A stretch of 62,943 bases of DNA, the filler included, from Hausera hauseri (Eukaryota), in NCBI GenBank assembly GCA_046269625.1. It is 11 parts of 11 records of this genome, joined end to end, with 100 filler letters (N's around TTAATTAATTAA, not from the genome) between each part and the next. Parts side by side here need not be neighbours in the genome. Positions count along the whole stretch, not along the records: positions 16,394 to 25,932 come from JBJURY010345490.1; positions 26,033 to 31,605 come from JBJURY010227852.1; positions 31,706 to 36,201 come from JBJURY010553783.1; 8 more parts are not named here. One strand, written 5' to 3'. Shown here in pieces: positions 23,100 through 35,100 of the stretch. The notes below the pieces were generated by a model that saw only the letters and a list, made by a program, of their open reading frames with translations, had not been told where the DNA came from and searched no databases. Each line of letters opens with the position of its first letter. Within the stretch, counting starts at the first letter, position 1. Both the position numbers and the translations under genes were made by a program.

Positions 23100-25932
23100 C
23101 TATAGGAGACGTATCGTCTATGAAGAAAGTCGGTTTAGCGTTGTTGATGTGGACTGTTACTTTGTCGTCTTTGAGGATGATGATGTTGTGGGAGTGTAAT
23201 CGAATTACTTTGCAAGGGCTGAGGTTGAAAATCACACGGCGTCTGATTCTTTAACCAAACGTCGGGTATCTAAGGTTTATTTCCGTGTAATTGTCTACCA
23301 AATGAGTCTTTGCTGATCTCAATGAAGTGCTTCTGTGCCGATTGTATGGATTCGTCTGTGGGAATATTGTCCAGCTCAGCCAGCTCGAATAATGGTCTGA
23401 TAGAAGTGCCAAATAATTCTTCTGCAGGTGAAAAGCCTGTATAAGTAGATGGTGTGTTCTGCCAGCAAAGCAGAACGTACGGAAGGAGTGTAGTCCAACT
23501 GCGATTATACTCAGCGAGGATTTTTCGAGACGCTTTCATCGTTCAGTGAAAGCGTTCAAGAAGGCCACTCGACTGAGGATGATATGGTGACGTGTGAATG
23601 TGGTTAATTCCCAATCGATTGACAACAGCTTTAAACAGGTTGGATTCAAACTGTGGGCCTTGGTCCGAAGTGATGTGGCAAGGTGATCCAAACCTGCTAA
23701 TTCAAGTGCGGATGAAAACGTCTGAGATTGTTTCTGTGTTGGTGTTCCGAAGCGGGACAGCCTTTGATCATCGCGAGGAATGGTCCATCATTGTGAGGAT
23801 GAACTGATGGCCGTTGTCTAAGGGTAGTGGGCCTACAAGGTTAATGTGAACGGATTCGAAACGAGACGTGCAGGGAATATGATATAGTGGTGGATTTAAT
23901 TGCTTAATAACTTTGTATTTTTGGCATGTCACACACCTCCTAACTCATGCTTGCACGTTAGAGCGCATCGACGGCCATACTATTTGGCGCTGTAAGAGTC
24001 GAAAAGTGGCCTTGGCACCAAGATGATGCAATAAATGGATGCTGTTGAATGCTTCTTTTTTAAGCGATTCAGAAAGGATAACTTTAGGATTATTAGGTTT
24101 GGAGGTATCAAAGGCCACACCGTCAATGGTTTGCACGATTTAAAACATTTAAGGATGTCAGGAAGTGGCTGGTTTTGTTGAAGTTTGGATTGAGGAAAAA
24201 TTGGTATAAAATGAATCAAGCTGACCGATGGGGACAAAAAATCAGCTACTAAATTGTGGACTCCGTTTAAGTGCTTAATTTCAAAATTAAATGTGCACAA
24301 ATACGATATTTGCCTCTCCTGACGTGAAGAAGGCGATTTCATGGTGAGAATTTGAAGCAAGAGTTTGTGGTACGTTTGTATTGTAAAGGTTCATGCGGTT
24401 AACAGATGCTTAAAGTGTTTCACGGCAAGGACCATTGCAAGCAACTCTCTGGAAAAGGTGGAATATCAGTGCTCTCGTGCCGTGAATTTTCGAGAGAAGA
24501 ATTCCAATGGCTCATGGGATCCATTTTTGACTTGATGAAGGACAGCACCTGCAGCTGTTGCGGATGCATCCGTGGTTAAGAAGAGTTCTGTATGGGAGAC
24601 GGGATAGGCCAGGATTTCCACGGTTTTTAGATTATCTTTGAGGTAATCAAAAGCGTTGACTAGTTTGATGGTACATTGAATAGGCTGTATTTTCTTGCCA
24701 GAGCTTAGTGATGCAAATGGAGCGGTTAGAGTGGAGCAATGTGGAATATACTTGTGAATAAAGTGCAAGGTTCCCAGGAAAGAACGCATCTCTGTTAGTG
24801 TACATGGTAGCTGTATGTTTTTGAGCTGTGTGATGCGCTCTGGCTGAGGTGAATATACGGAGAAGCTAATAACATGTCCTAAGAAGTTGACCTTATGTTG
24901 AAAAAAAGCATTTGAAGAAATTAATTTGCAAGTTATTTTGGTGCAAGCACTTGAAGATTAAACGTAAGTGCTTGGAGTGTTGTTTCAAGGAAGATTATGC
25001 AATTAGGATATCATCGATATAGGGATAGGCAAAGTCTAAACCTGAGAGGACTGTATCAATATGCCTGTGGGAGGCCTGGGAAGCGCTACGGAGTCCAAAA
25101 GGCATGAAAATGTATTTGAAAAAGCCGAAAGGTGTAATGACAGCCGTTTTCGGAATGTCTGCTGGGGCCAGCGGAATTTGGTCGTATGCTTTGTGCAAAT
25201 CAATGCAGGAAAAATGGTCAAATTATGGAGCCTGTGAAGGTTATCGTTGATTAATGGTAGAGGGTAGGCATCCATTGTTATTATGATGTTGAGTTGACGG
25301 TAATCACCGCATGAGCAAAAGGTACCATCTTTTTTTGTAACCACATGCAGTGGTGAATACCACGGGAAATTGGATCTGCTGATTATTCCTGATCTTTCCA
25401 GTTCGAGAAACTCAGCCTCCAGTGCCTGTCTGCGGCGAGGCGATAGCGGGCGGATCTTTTAACGTATGGGTCTTTGATGTGTTGTCACTATGTGATGGAA
25501 GGTGGATTGAGGTGGTACAAATGATTTGTCCTTTTGCAACAGACGCGTGCAGGAAGACGAGAGATATTGCTGTAAGTCAGGGGACAACGATGAAAAGTTA
25601 TCAGGCGGTGTCGATGCATCGTGACTGGATGCAGTTAAAGTATGAGTTGTAGACAAGGTGTTGTGACAAGGTGGTATTTGGTGCAGGATGTTCGTGTTGA
25701 AGATGGTGTTGGCATCTGTAGTATCAGTAATAGGTGCCACGCAGTTTCGAATATCGTATTTGTTGCCGTAATAAAAATTTCTATATAATGAATGATTATA
25801 AAAATAGTTTAAATCGGAAGTCATTTTATTTAGTATAGACTTGCTGAAAGCGATAGCCCGGGTGGTCACCGAAATGCTGCTAATTTGATTAAAATTATTT
25901 CCGCTCTTTAAGGAACATCGTTTGCAGTCTAC
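23100..25932 (-). pseudogene. Gypsy pol (RT, RNase H, integrase), multiply frameshifted
   Basis: GDYRQLN, KAYDQIP...KTAVITPFG...MPFGLR, YIDD, LTTDAS, ADFLS, HITSDQGPQF; PPT (GCCACGGGGGTGA on minus) at 22131-22143. Confidence 0.93.
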
Positions 25933-26154
25933 NNNNNNNNNNNNNNNNNNNNNNNNNNNNNNNNNNNNNNNNNNNNTTAATTAATTAANNNNNNNNNNNN
26001 NNNNNNNNNNNNNNNNNNNNNNNNNNNNNNNNGCACTCGGAATCCGGTAACGACATATCCATATAAGCAATGGCTTATATCTTGGATCTCCAAAAAATCT
26101 TTTCTCTTTTCGAGCTGCGGCTTCGTGATTCCAGTAACGTCTGGAAAGTATTTT

Positions 26155-26929
26155 TTATCCTGCCCGAGGTGCGATTATTTTGTTTATGATTTCCTCTCCA
26201 TTAGTATTTGTGATAGAGACCTCAATCGGAAAGTACCATCCGTCATCCTTTTCTCCATAGTTTACGGCCAATATCCGGGTATTTTGGCCATCTGGGACTA
26301 ATCTGTAAGATTCTCCATTTTGTTCCATCTCGTCTTCCGATGGTTTCTGTACATGTAATAACGGTGGAAGATAATTCATTACCTCGGTTCGCCACGTCAT
26401 CTCGATCATGATTTTGGTCGGAAGGTCTGCGATCCTAAATTCCAGGGCATAATTCATGAGACTATAGCAACATAGCTCATAAGTACTAAACTTCCATTGT
26501 TGCCCTATTTGCGTAATCCAGGCTTGTCCTACGATCCTGTATTGAATTTCTCCATCAGCGACATGTACAATTGCTGATGTGTCGGTTCATATGGAATTAG
26601 ATCTCTTAAAAGGTATACCCGTGATCCTTCGGGTTTCGCATGGCATATAATCGAACCAGTCTATTTTCTTCTAAGCCCCATTTTAGTCCATTTGGTATTT
26701 TACTTTCTTGATTGAATTCTAGATAGTTTTTGGTTTTCAAATTTTCGCCAATTTGTCGATATAAACTTTTGGACAGTGGTTTAAGAACAGTGACATGCTG
26801 CTGGAAGAAATCATCGATATCGTGATTGGAACTGACTGCTGGATTCTTCATCTTCTCGGTCATACTTACTCTGCTGAAATAAAAATAAAAGTCAATCCTA
26901 AGATAGATCATCGTTTTGAAACAAAACAT
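26155..26929 (-). pseudogene. Unidentified accessory coding region downstream of the membrane-protein ORF
   Basis: ORFs 26606-26929 and 26155-26457 have globular-protein-like composition; acceptor-like TTTTTATTTCAG near 26875. Confidence 0.35.
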
Positions 26930-26968
26930 TTTCTCTGTCTGATGATAGGATAACCTGATCTGTAGTTG

Positions 26969-28321
26969 TCAGGTTATGCTATCATAGAGTCCGTCTTGGT
27001 TCCCTTTTTCCCATTTACCTCCTTTCCGATTTTTACAGCGCTTATTACAATTTTTGGACACTAAAAGAATCGTCGCTGTTATTATGACAAGAACGAAAAT
27101 TGACAAACTGAATATAGCTATTATCGGTAAGTTATTCGATTCAGTAAAACTTTTCGTGGTAAACACATTTTGCGTACTAAGATCTCTATACTGCATTACT
27201 TCGATCTTATTGTCTAGAGTCCGCACTGTATAAGTTTTAGGGTTCTTACCCTTTGCGGTGATTCTGACTATATAGTCATATTGTAGCCGTAATGACCTGC
27301 ACTCAACTTCCTGACTATTCTTTCTCAGGATCACAACTTGGTTGGTGTGCAGGGTGCGAATTCAATTTCGACGTCTTGATTTAACATCTCTTCAGCGTAA
27401 AATAGAATTTTATCGCTTTTTGCCAAAATCTTAACTGGTATGCTTCCTGGCATTTCGTCCGAAGTGACGATCGTAATAGCGAGAGTCGTTCTTGGAACAG
27501 TGGACGGTTTTCTCGTAGTGGTCGGGAATGAAAGTTTCCATATTCCGTTTTTCGGACGGTATCCTCTTAAATAAGTGCTTTGTTGTCCGGGGTACGTATT
27601 GTAACTGATAATCCTGTCCTGGTTGTATTGCACAGCATGTGGTAGATCGGCGTCTGGCCAGATAACAATACTCAGGAGTATGGATGGAAGCATTTAATAG
27701 TATAAATCGGACAGAAATTTGTCTGTCTCCAGGCAGTTCTACTTTAGTTTTGTTTCAAATACATTGGTTTTGAAAGTCTTTTGAAATCCCCATAATGTTA
27801 TAGTATAAGAGTCTTTTAAATTGGTCAGTGCTTCGGGTTATTTCGTCCGTCTTGGCTTGGTTTGCGTCCTTTCGTTGGGGCATTCTTATTACGAGTTCTG
27901 TAATTATATAAGCTTGAGCTCCAAACTGATTAGAATAAAACATGTGAAATCTGTATTCGTAGGCTTGTCCAAAATCCAAATCACAGCATCTTTTCTGATG
28001 TCCGTATGGAAATTCACATGTTCTCATCGTGTTTCTGGTTACAAATAATATTTGAAATTTTACGTGGCTCTGAATCGGTTCGCTTGCTTCAAACCATGCA
28101 TATGGTTTGCTCCAATCCATATCGTGTACTCTAAGTGATTGTATGTTCTGGATGTCCCTGCGTTTCATTACGTATCGTAGTTTTTCGGCTCTAGTTATGG
28201 ATGTCACCTTGGGTACATAGGATGCGATTAACGATAGGGCAAGAATTATTTGCACATATAATATTGGTCTGGTTGCGATTGACGATGTTTTCCTTTCCTT
28301 ATTAACCTTATTCGAACGCAA
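26969..28321 (-). pseudogene. Env-position type-I membrane protein with FN3-like segments (three pieces)
   Basis: Signal-like ILYVQIILALSLIASY; L.FGQAYEYRFHMFYSNQFG and LRLQYDYIVRITAK (FN3-like L-x4-Y-x3-I/F pattern); TM IIAIFSLSIFVLVIITATILLV; basic tail ending GLYDSI. Confidence 0.6.
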
Positions 28322-28329
28322 TTTATAGC

Positions 28330-29985
28330 GTTTATCCGGTCTTATTTTTGTTTTAACTACCCTCTGAATTTATATGACCTCTTCTTTGCCGTTTTTATTT
28401 ATATAAACCATGGTTGGCGTAATCTTAGTAACTTCATAAGGTCCTCTGCCTGTCCTAGTAAGTTTCAGAGATGTGCCTTTCTTTTCTACTGGATAGTGTA
28501 CATAAACCCAGTTTCCGAGTTCTAAATCGTGAGGTCTGGCTTTCTTATTTTATTGTTTCTTGAATTGTTCCTGGTATTCTTTAGACACTTCTTTGGCTAT
28601 CTTCCAACACTTGTGCAATCTTGATTGTAATACTTCGACAAAATTTTGTTCTAAATCCTCCTGAAATTAGTCATAGATCGGTAGGAAGTGCAGCTTCTCT
28701 TCCGTACATCATAAAAAATGGAATGAATCCTGTCGCAGGATGTGGAGTAGTATTAATGACAAACTGTGTACCTTCTAAGAACTCATCCCAATCTTTCTGG
28801 TCTTTTGCGACTACTGTCGATATGATTCATATAACTGTCGCGTTCATCCGTTCGACCATTCCATTACATTGGGGATGATAAACTGTGGTAGTTAATCGTT
28901 CAATCTCAAAAATTTTGGTAATTTTATCGAACAACTCGCTCACAAAGTTTCTTCCTCGGTATGTCAAGATTTGTTCGGGTGGCCCGTATCTGCAAATGAT
29001 TTTCCGGACTACGGCTTCTGCCAAGGTCTCGGCCTTTTGGTCTAATATCGCTATAAGCTCGACGAAATGAGTTAATCGATCTACACAGGTCAATATGTAT
29101 TTGTTGTTCTTATGAGTTGTAGGTAATGGCCCTACAATATCTATAGACATTGCTTGCATCGGTCTATCGGGCACGTCGATAGGTTTAAGCTCGGCGACGT
29201 AGTTTTTCACTTTCCTTTGTTTGGTTGCGCATACTTCTTAAGCATTTGTCCAATTTCTCACATCAATGTAAATACTCGGCAAATAATATTTATTCAAGAT
29301 TCTTTCTAGGGTCTTTTTCCACGACATGTGTCCGGCTAAATACGAATCGTGTTCAGCCATGAGCACTTCCGTTCGTAAACCCTTTGGTATGACGACTAAT
29401 TTCCGTCCTTTTCTTTTGTAATATAACACATTTTCGTGGTTCGAATCTCCAGCGACGCAGTATTTGTGACCATATCGTCGTAGGTGTTTCCGTAACTGAT
29501 GACCCTTGGATGTTACGTTGGAATCAACAAACTCGATAATTTGTTGTATAACCCTGTCTTTTCTCTGTTCGACAGCAATCTTTAATGCTTTATCCAACAC
29601 GAGAGTCCGCTGTCTTTCTACTAAGTCTTCAAGGTGTTCTTTCCTCATTACCGTAACTGCGCTTGTTTTGGTTTTAAATCTCGATAATGCGTCGGCATCG
29701 ACATGTTTACTTCCTGGTTTGTATTGAAATTCAATATTGTAAGGTGAAATTTCCTCTATCCATCTGTTTAGTCTACACGTTGGATTATTTGCTCTGCCTT
29801 TCAAAGTCGTGACTGCTTTATGATCAGTAACGATTATAATTTTTTGTCCATAGACGTATACGTTAAAATGTCGCAGTGCTTCTTTTACTGCCAACGTTTC
29901 CAACTCTGTTACGGAATAATTCTTCTCGGCTTTCTTTAGAGAACGCCCTCCATATGTGATTGGGTGTTCTGTCGTAATACCTCTG
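28330..29985 (-). pseudogene. Gypsy RNase H (partial) + integrase
   Basis: AEKNYSVTELETLAV, TDHK, ADALSR, H..AGH zinc finger, IDIVGPLP, YHPQCNGMVERMN, GPY. Confidence 0.93.
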
Positions 29986-30699
29986 GTTTTCGACAATTCA
30001 TCCTCATACTTTTTAATTTCTCTGCATTTTTCCACGAGCGTCGTATCTTCCATTCTTTAGGATCGAGTTTCTCCTCTTCGCTAGAATGTAAAGGGCATAT
30101 GTCGTTTATCTCATTTATAAATTTCGTCGGCTCACCCATTTCGCTTGGCGTAACTAAATTAATTTCTGGAACGTTAGAGGTGTACTCCGTGCCGATTTCT
30201 AACGCGATTTCGGTTTCTCTCTTTGTACTCGTGTTTTCCTTAATCATTGGGGATCTCGAACGATCCTTGCGTTTTCGTCTCAGTGATAAGCTACGGCCTC
30301 TATTCTTGGTAATTTTAAGTATAAGTGGTTCAAGAAATTCTTCTTTCTCGTCGACCTCTGCCTCCTTAGTTACCGTTTTTATAGTATATATGGGTTCTAC
30401 ATCCGAATCTGCTTCGCCTGGGGTCTCAGGCTTTTCTATTTCATCTAACTTTTTGTTTATTGTAGGAACGTTCTTTTTCCGTGCCATATCACTCAGCCTT
30501 GGTGGGGCAATGTAACGTTCATATTCCGTTTCTGGTTCACGTAGACCGTGATAAACTTCCATTAGTTGTAATTTGTGCTCATATTCGTTTCTAGCTACTA
30601 AAACTTTAGGGTCCTTAGTCTCCGGTTAAGCCTTTAAGAAGCGTCGTAAATCTTGTATCTCAATGATCATTCCTGTATCTCTACGAACACCGTAAATTG

Positions 30700-31605
30700 C
30701 TTCTAAATTTTCATTTTTAATTACGTTAGTCTTACTAGGTTCCACAAACGAGACACTTCGCGGATTCAAACAGGACCTCGCTATGTGTCCTTTTTTTCCA
30801 CATTTGAAACAGACTAAAATGCCATTTCTTCCAACTCTTTGCCGGCCATCTTCGTTTAACGGAGATTTAGATCTATTCGGATTTCTATTGTAGTTCGGTT
30901 GAAACAGAGCCTGTCTAGGGTATATATATTGGCGATTATCATAACTCCGGTTGTTATTATGTCGATTAATGTTTTTGGAGCCATCCAGGCGTTTATCTGT
31001 CTAATAACGTGATTTATTAGAAAAGCTATTTCGACTATTATCAAAATTTTTATTACTGTGTCGCTCGTTTCTCCTATCATAATTACTGTTCTTGTTACGA
31101 TCCCCATAATTCCTGTTAAATCGTCTATCATTCCTATTATTTCGATTTCTATCTCTTTGGTCGCTTTGATCATTATTTCTACAATTTCAGTCATTGTTTC
31201 TGGCATATCTGTCCAATGCCATTTCTAAGTCCTTGGCCAATTGCAATGTCCTATCAAAATTCTCCTGGCGTGCTAAAATCAGTTTCTTTACTATGTCTTT
31301 GGACCAAATACCATTTATTAACTGCGTCATCATCATGACGTCCAAATCTGGAGGGCTCGCCTTTTTTGAGCTTTACGTTCTGCTTCGTTTTTAACTTTGG
31401 CTATGTTTGCTATCCTTAAAGTGCTTACGTAACTGTTTGCCAATTTCTTTAAGACAAAAGCGAATTGGGTTATCGATTCACCCTTTTGTTGAACTCTATT
31501 CTGAAAAGCCATAAGCTTTTGTTGCGGAGTTACAGTCGGTAACAATTTTCGATTCAAGGCTCCTACCATGGAGGACCAAGTTTTCTTCTCATCATCGGTG
31601 AGTTC
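30700..31605 (-). pseudogene. Gag with CCHC zinc knuckle
   Basis: RVQQKGESITQFA, N/D/R-rich linker, CFKCGKKGHIARSC at about 30775-30815. Confidence 0.8.
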
Positions 31606-32118
31606 NNNNNNNNNNNNNNNNNNNNNNNNNNNNNNNNNNNNNNNNNNNNTTAATTAATTAANNNNNNNNNNNNNNNNNNNNNNNNNNNNNNNNNNNNNNN
31701 NNNNNATCATCAAATTTAAATGGACTTCCTTTCTAGAGAGACGAATCATCAGTTCTTTTGCAATGACCATATTCGGAATATAGTCAGAAAAGGAACCTGT
31801 CTATTAAATTAAAATCAACAACCAATTAATAGGTTAAATTAATTATTCTTTTACGCTTGATAAAACTTTTCAACTTAAAGTGGGCACTAATCAAAGAAAC
31901 ATGTTTCAACATAATTCCAGTGTACTTTTGTTTGCTCATTGATATCCTTCATGATGTCATGGCGGCGTAACAATTTCCAAACGTCTAAGTCGTGTGATAT
32001 TTGTGTAATAACTGTAATTTAAGGATGGTGATCCAACACATCTGCTAGAGAAGCATTATATTTTTCCATAACATATGGCGTAGAATTACAAAATTATAGG
32101 ATTTTAAAACATTAACGT

Positions 32119-35100
32119 TTGTGTGCTTGTCAAACTTTTTCACCTAAAAGTAGCTCAAACATAGTCTATCATGTAAAACGTCTCTCTAGTGTAGATAGAA
32201 ACAGAAAGTACAGTTGTGAAGTTGAACTATTCGATGAAAGAAAAATCTGTTCTTCGATTCCCAGGGTGGGAAATATGAACTGTATCAAAGAATTAAGAAA
32301 AAAGGGAATTTTTATTAGCGATGTTTTAGAAAAAGAGAACTCTATATTATTTGATGAAAATCCCCAAGAAGTCCATTTGTTGTTAGGAGCAGACGTAGTG
32401 GGAAGCTTATTTACAGGCAAAATCGAACATCTCTCATGGCGAGAGTTAGTGGCTATAGAAACAAAACTAGGATGGACTTTAATGGGTAAAATGGGAACTG
32501 GATCCACTAATACAGAAAATTCTCTCTCGACGCTATCCCTCTCTCTGCATGTAGCTGATGCTAAGCTTGCAGACCTCTGGCGCTTAGACACCTTAGGCAT
32601 TTTAGACAACGAAGAAAATAAAAATAAGAGTATGTTCGAAGATGAAGCAATTAAATATTTTTTGAACACAGTAAAAAGGGATAAAGAAGGTAGATATGAG
32701 GTATCACTACCGTGGGTTTTGGACAGCTGTATTTTACCTAGCAATCGAAACTTAGCGGAAAAATGCCTGCACAAGATTGATAAAAAACTTCTTAGTTCAA
32801 ATAAAAGAGAGGATTATGATAAAATCTTTAAACATTGGGAATCTAATGATATAATAGAACGGGTACCTGATAAATACACAATGAAAGAATCTGGTACTCA
32901 TTATTTACCTCATCGCCCAGTTATTAAAGAAACGAGCGAGACAACGAAAATACGTCCAGTCTACAATGCCTCGGCACGAATGAAAAACGCTCCTTCGCTG
33001 AATGACTGTTTGACCAAGGGTCCTAATTTGATAGAAATAATACCCAGTATATTGAACCGTTTTCGAAAATATCCTATTGGTATTTCATCAGACATTGAAA
33101 AAGCTTTCCTACAAATAAGTGTACAAGAAAATGATCGCGATTTCTTAAGGTTTTTATGGTTCGATGACGAAAATAATACGAAAGTTTACAGACACAAACG
33201 AGTAGTTTTTGGACTCACATCGAGTCCATTTCTTTTGGCAGCGACTCTCAATTACCATTTGGACCAAGTTCCAGAAGAATTAGCTGAGACAGCTCAACGT
33301 TTAAGAGACTCATTCTACGTTGATAATTCGGTCCTTAGTCTAAATTCCACTGAAGAAATTGAAAAATTCATTATGGAGTCTCAAATGATTTTATCGTCTG
33401 CGTGCTTCAACCTAAGATGTTGGAGATCAAATTTACCGAATGCATTGATCAGTCAGCCTGAAACCAAATCCAAAAACTGTCCTGTGTTAGGAATGATATG
33501 GAACCTAGAAAATGATACTCTAACGTGTAAGATCGAGGAAACATGCGAGGAAACTTCAGATTTTATGACCAAAAGAAAGGTGTTGTCAGTGGCACAAAGG
33601 ATCTTTGACCCCATCGGCGTCACAGCTCCTGTAGTACTCGTAGCGAAAGAAATTTTGCAAAAAACGTGGCTTCAGAAACTAAAATGGGATGAAGAATTGC
33701 CAGCATCTTTGAGAAAGAAATTTCAATCATGGTACAATCAATTGTATTTACTTTCTCAATTATCAGTGCCCCGTTGGTTGAACATTCACCGTTATAATGA
33801 AGATCGAAGTTCCCTACATGTCTTTTGCGATGCGAGTCAGAGAGCATACGCGACTTGTGTATACTTGAGAATTGAAACTGCCTCTGAAGTCAAAGTTCAG
33901 TTAATAAACGCTAGAAGTCGTGTAGCTCCACTAAAACCAATGACAATCCCTCGTTTGGAACTTTTATCCTGTGTGATTGGTGCGAGACTTGTTTCAACAG
34001 TTTCATCCGATTTAAACATACCTAATATAAAAATTGTACTCTGGAGCGATTCTACTACGGCTCTAGGCTGGATCAACCGAGACCAGCAGTGGGGAACATT
34101 TGTTCATAATAGAGTAAAGGAAATTAGGTCTTTGACAACTCCATCCTGTTGGAGACATATTCCTGGCAATATGAACGCTGCCGACCTTCCATCAAGAGGT
34201 TGTTCTGCTGAGCAACTAGTGAAATCGAAATGGTGGAAGGGACCTTCTTTGCTTTATTTACCAGAAAGTGAATGGCCGCAAACCGATGAAAAAGCTGATG
34301 AAGAGCTCCTAGCTGCAGAAAATAGGAAAACAGTCTTGACTGTTTTAGACAACGATAATCGGGATTCAAATTGGTATTATAAATATTTTTCCTCATATAA
34401 GAAAGTAATTAGAATGATAGCTTGGATCTTCCGTTTTTATAATAATGTAAAAGGGTCAGAGAGGAACATGTCTTCAAATTTGTCAGTCTGCGAAATTGAA
34501 AAGGCTGAAAAGTCAGTATGTCGTCTGATTCAAAAGGACTCATTTGAAGGTCTAACAGACAATTCAATTCGTTCTTTAAGACCGATAGTAGACAAAAATG
34601 GCATTTTACGGGCAAAGACTAACGTAGTATATCGAAAAGATTTTCGCTATCCAATAATTTTACCGTCTAAACATCCAGTTGTTCATTTACTAATTTTCGA
34701 AAGACATATAGAGCTGCAACATGCAGGCGTCACAACACTGATGGCAAATTTAAGAGAAAACTACTGGATCTTAAAATCAAGAAAAACTGTTCGGGGTGTC
34801 ATAAGCAAATGTATAAAATGCAAACGATTTAATGTGTCACACTCAGAGACAGAACCGGGAATTCCTCCTGAAGACAGAGTTCGAGATGCAGCTATATTCG
34901 AAGTTGTTGGTGTTGATCTAGCAGGCCCACTCTATTTGAAAGATAACAAGAAATCGTGGATAGTCTTATTCACATGCGCTAACTACCGTGCAGTACATTT
35001 AGAACTGGTTACCTCACTCTCATCTGAAGCTTTTATCCAATCTTTGAGAAGATTTATTGCTAGGAGAGGTAAACCACACATCGTATATTCCGATAATGGA

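Larger units (their letters stand above)
16394..25932 (-). mobile_element. Gypsy LTR retrotransposon (CsRn1/Kabuki-like), circularly permuted, terminally redundant contig (unit 9,462 bp), decayed
   Basis: 16394-16470 is identical to 25856-25932 (77 nt); the protease frame continues across the join; gag, PR, RT, RH, IN and PPT are all present. Confidence 0.9.
26033..31605 (-). mobile_element. Gypsy-type retroelement lacking PR/RT, with extra ORFs after integrase
   Basis: gag, RNase H C-terminal half, integrase and membrane-protein ORFs all on the minus strand. Confidence 0.85.

Noticed and set aside
29964-30515. 183-aa plus-strand ORF and similar shadow ORFs (e.g. 32169-32774, 45115-45615)
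   Set aside because: Antisense shadows of recognised retroelement or pPolB genes
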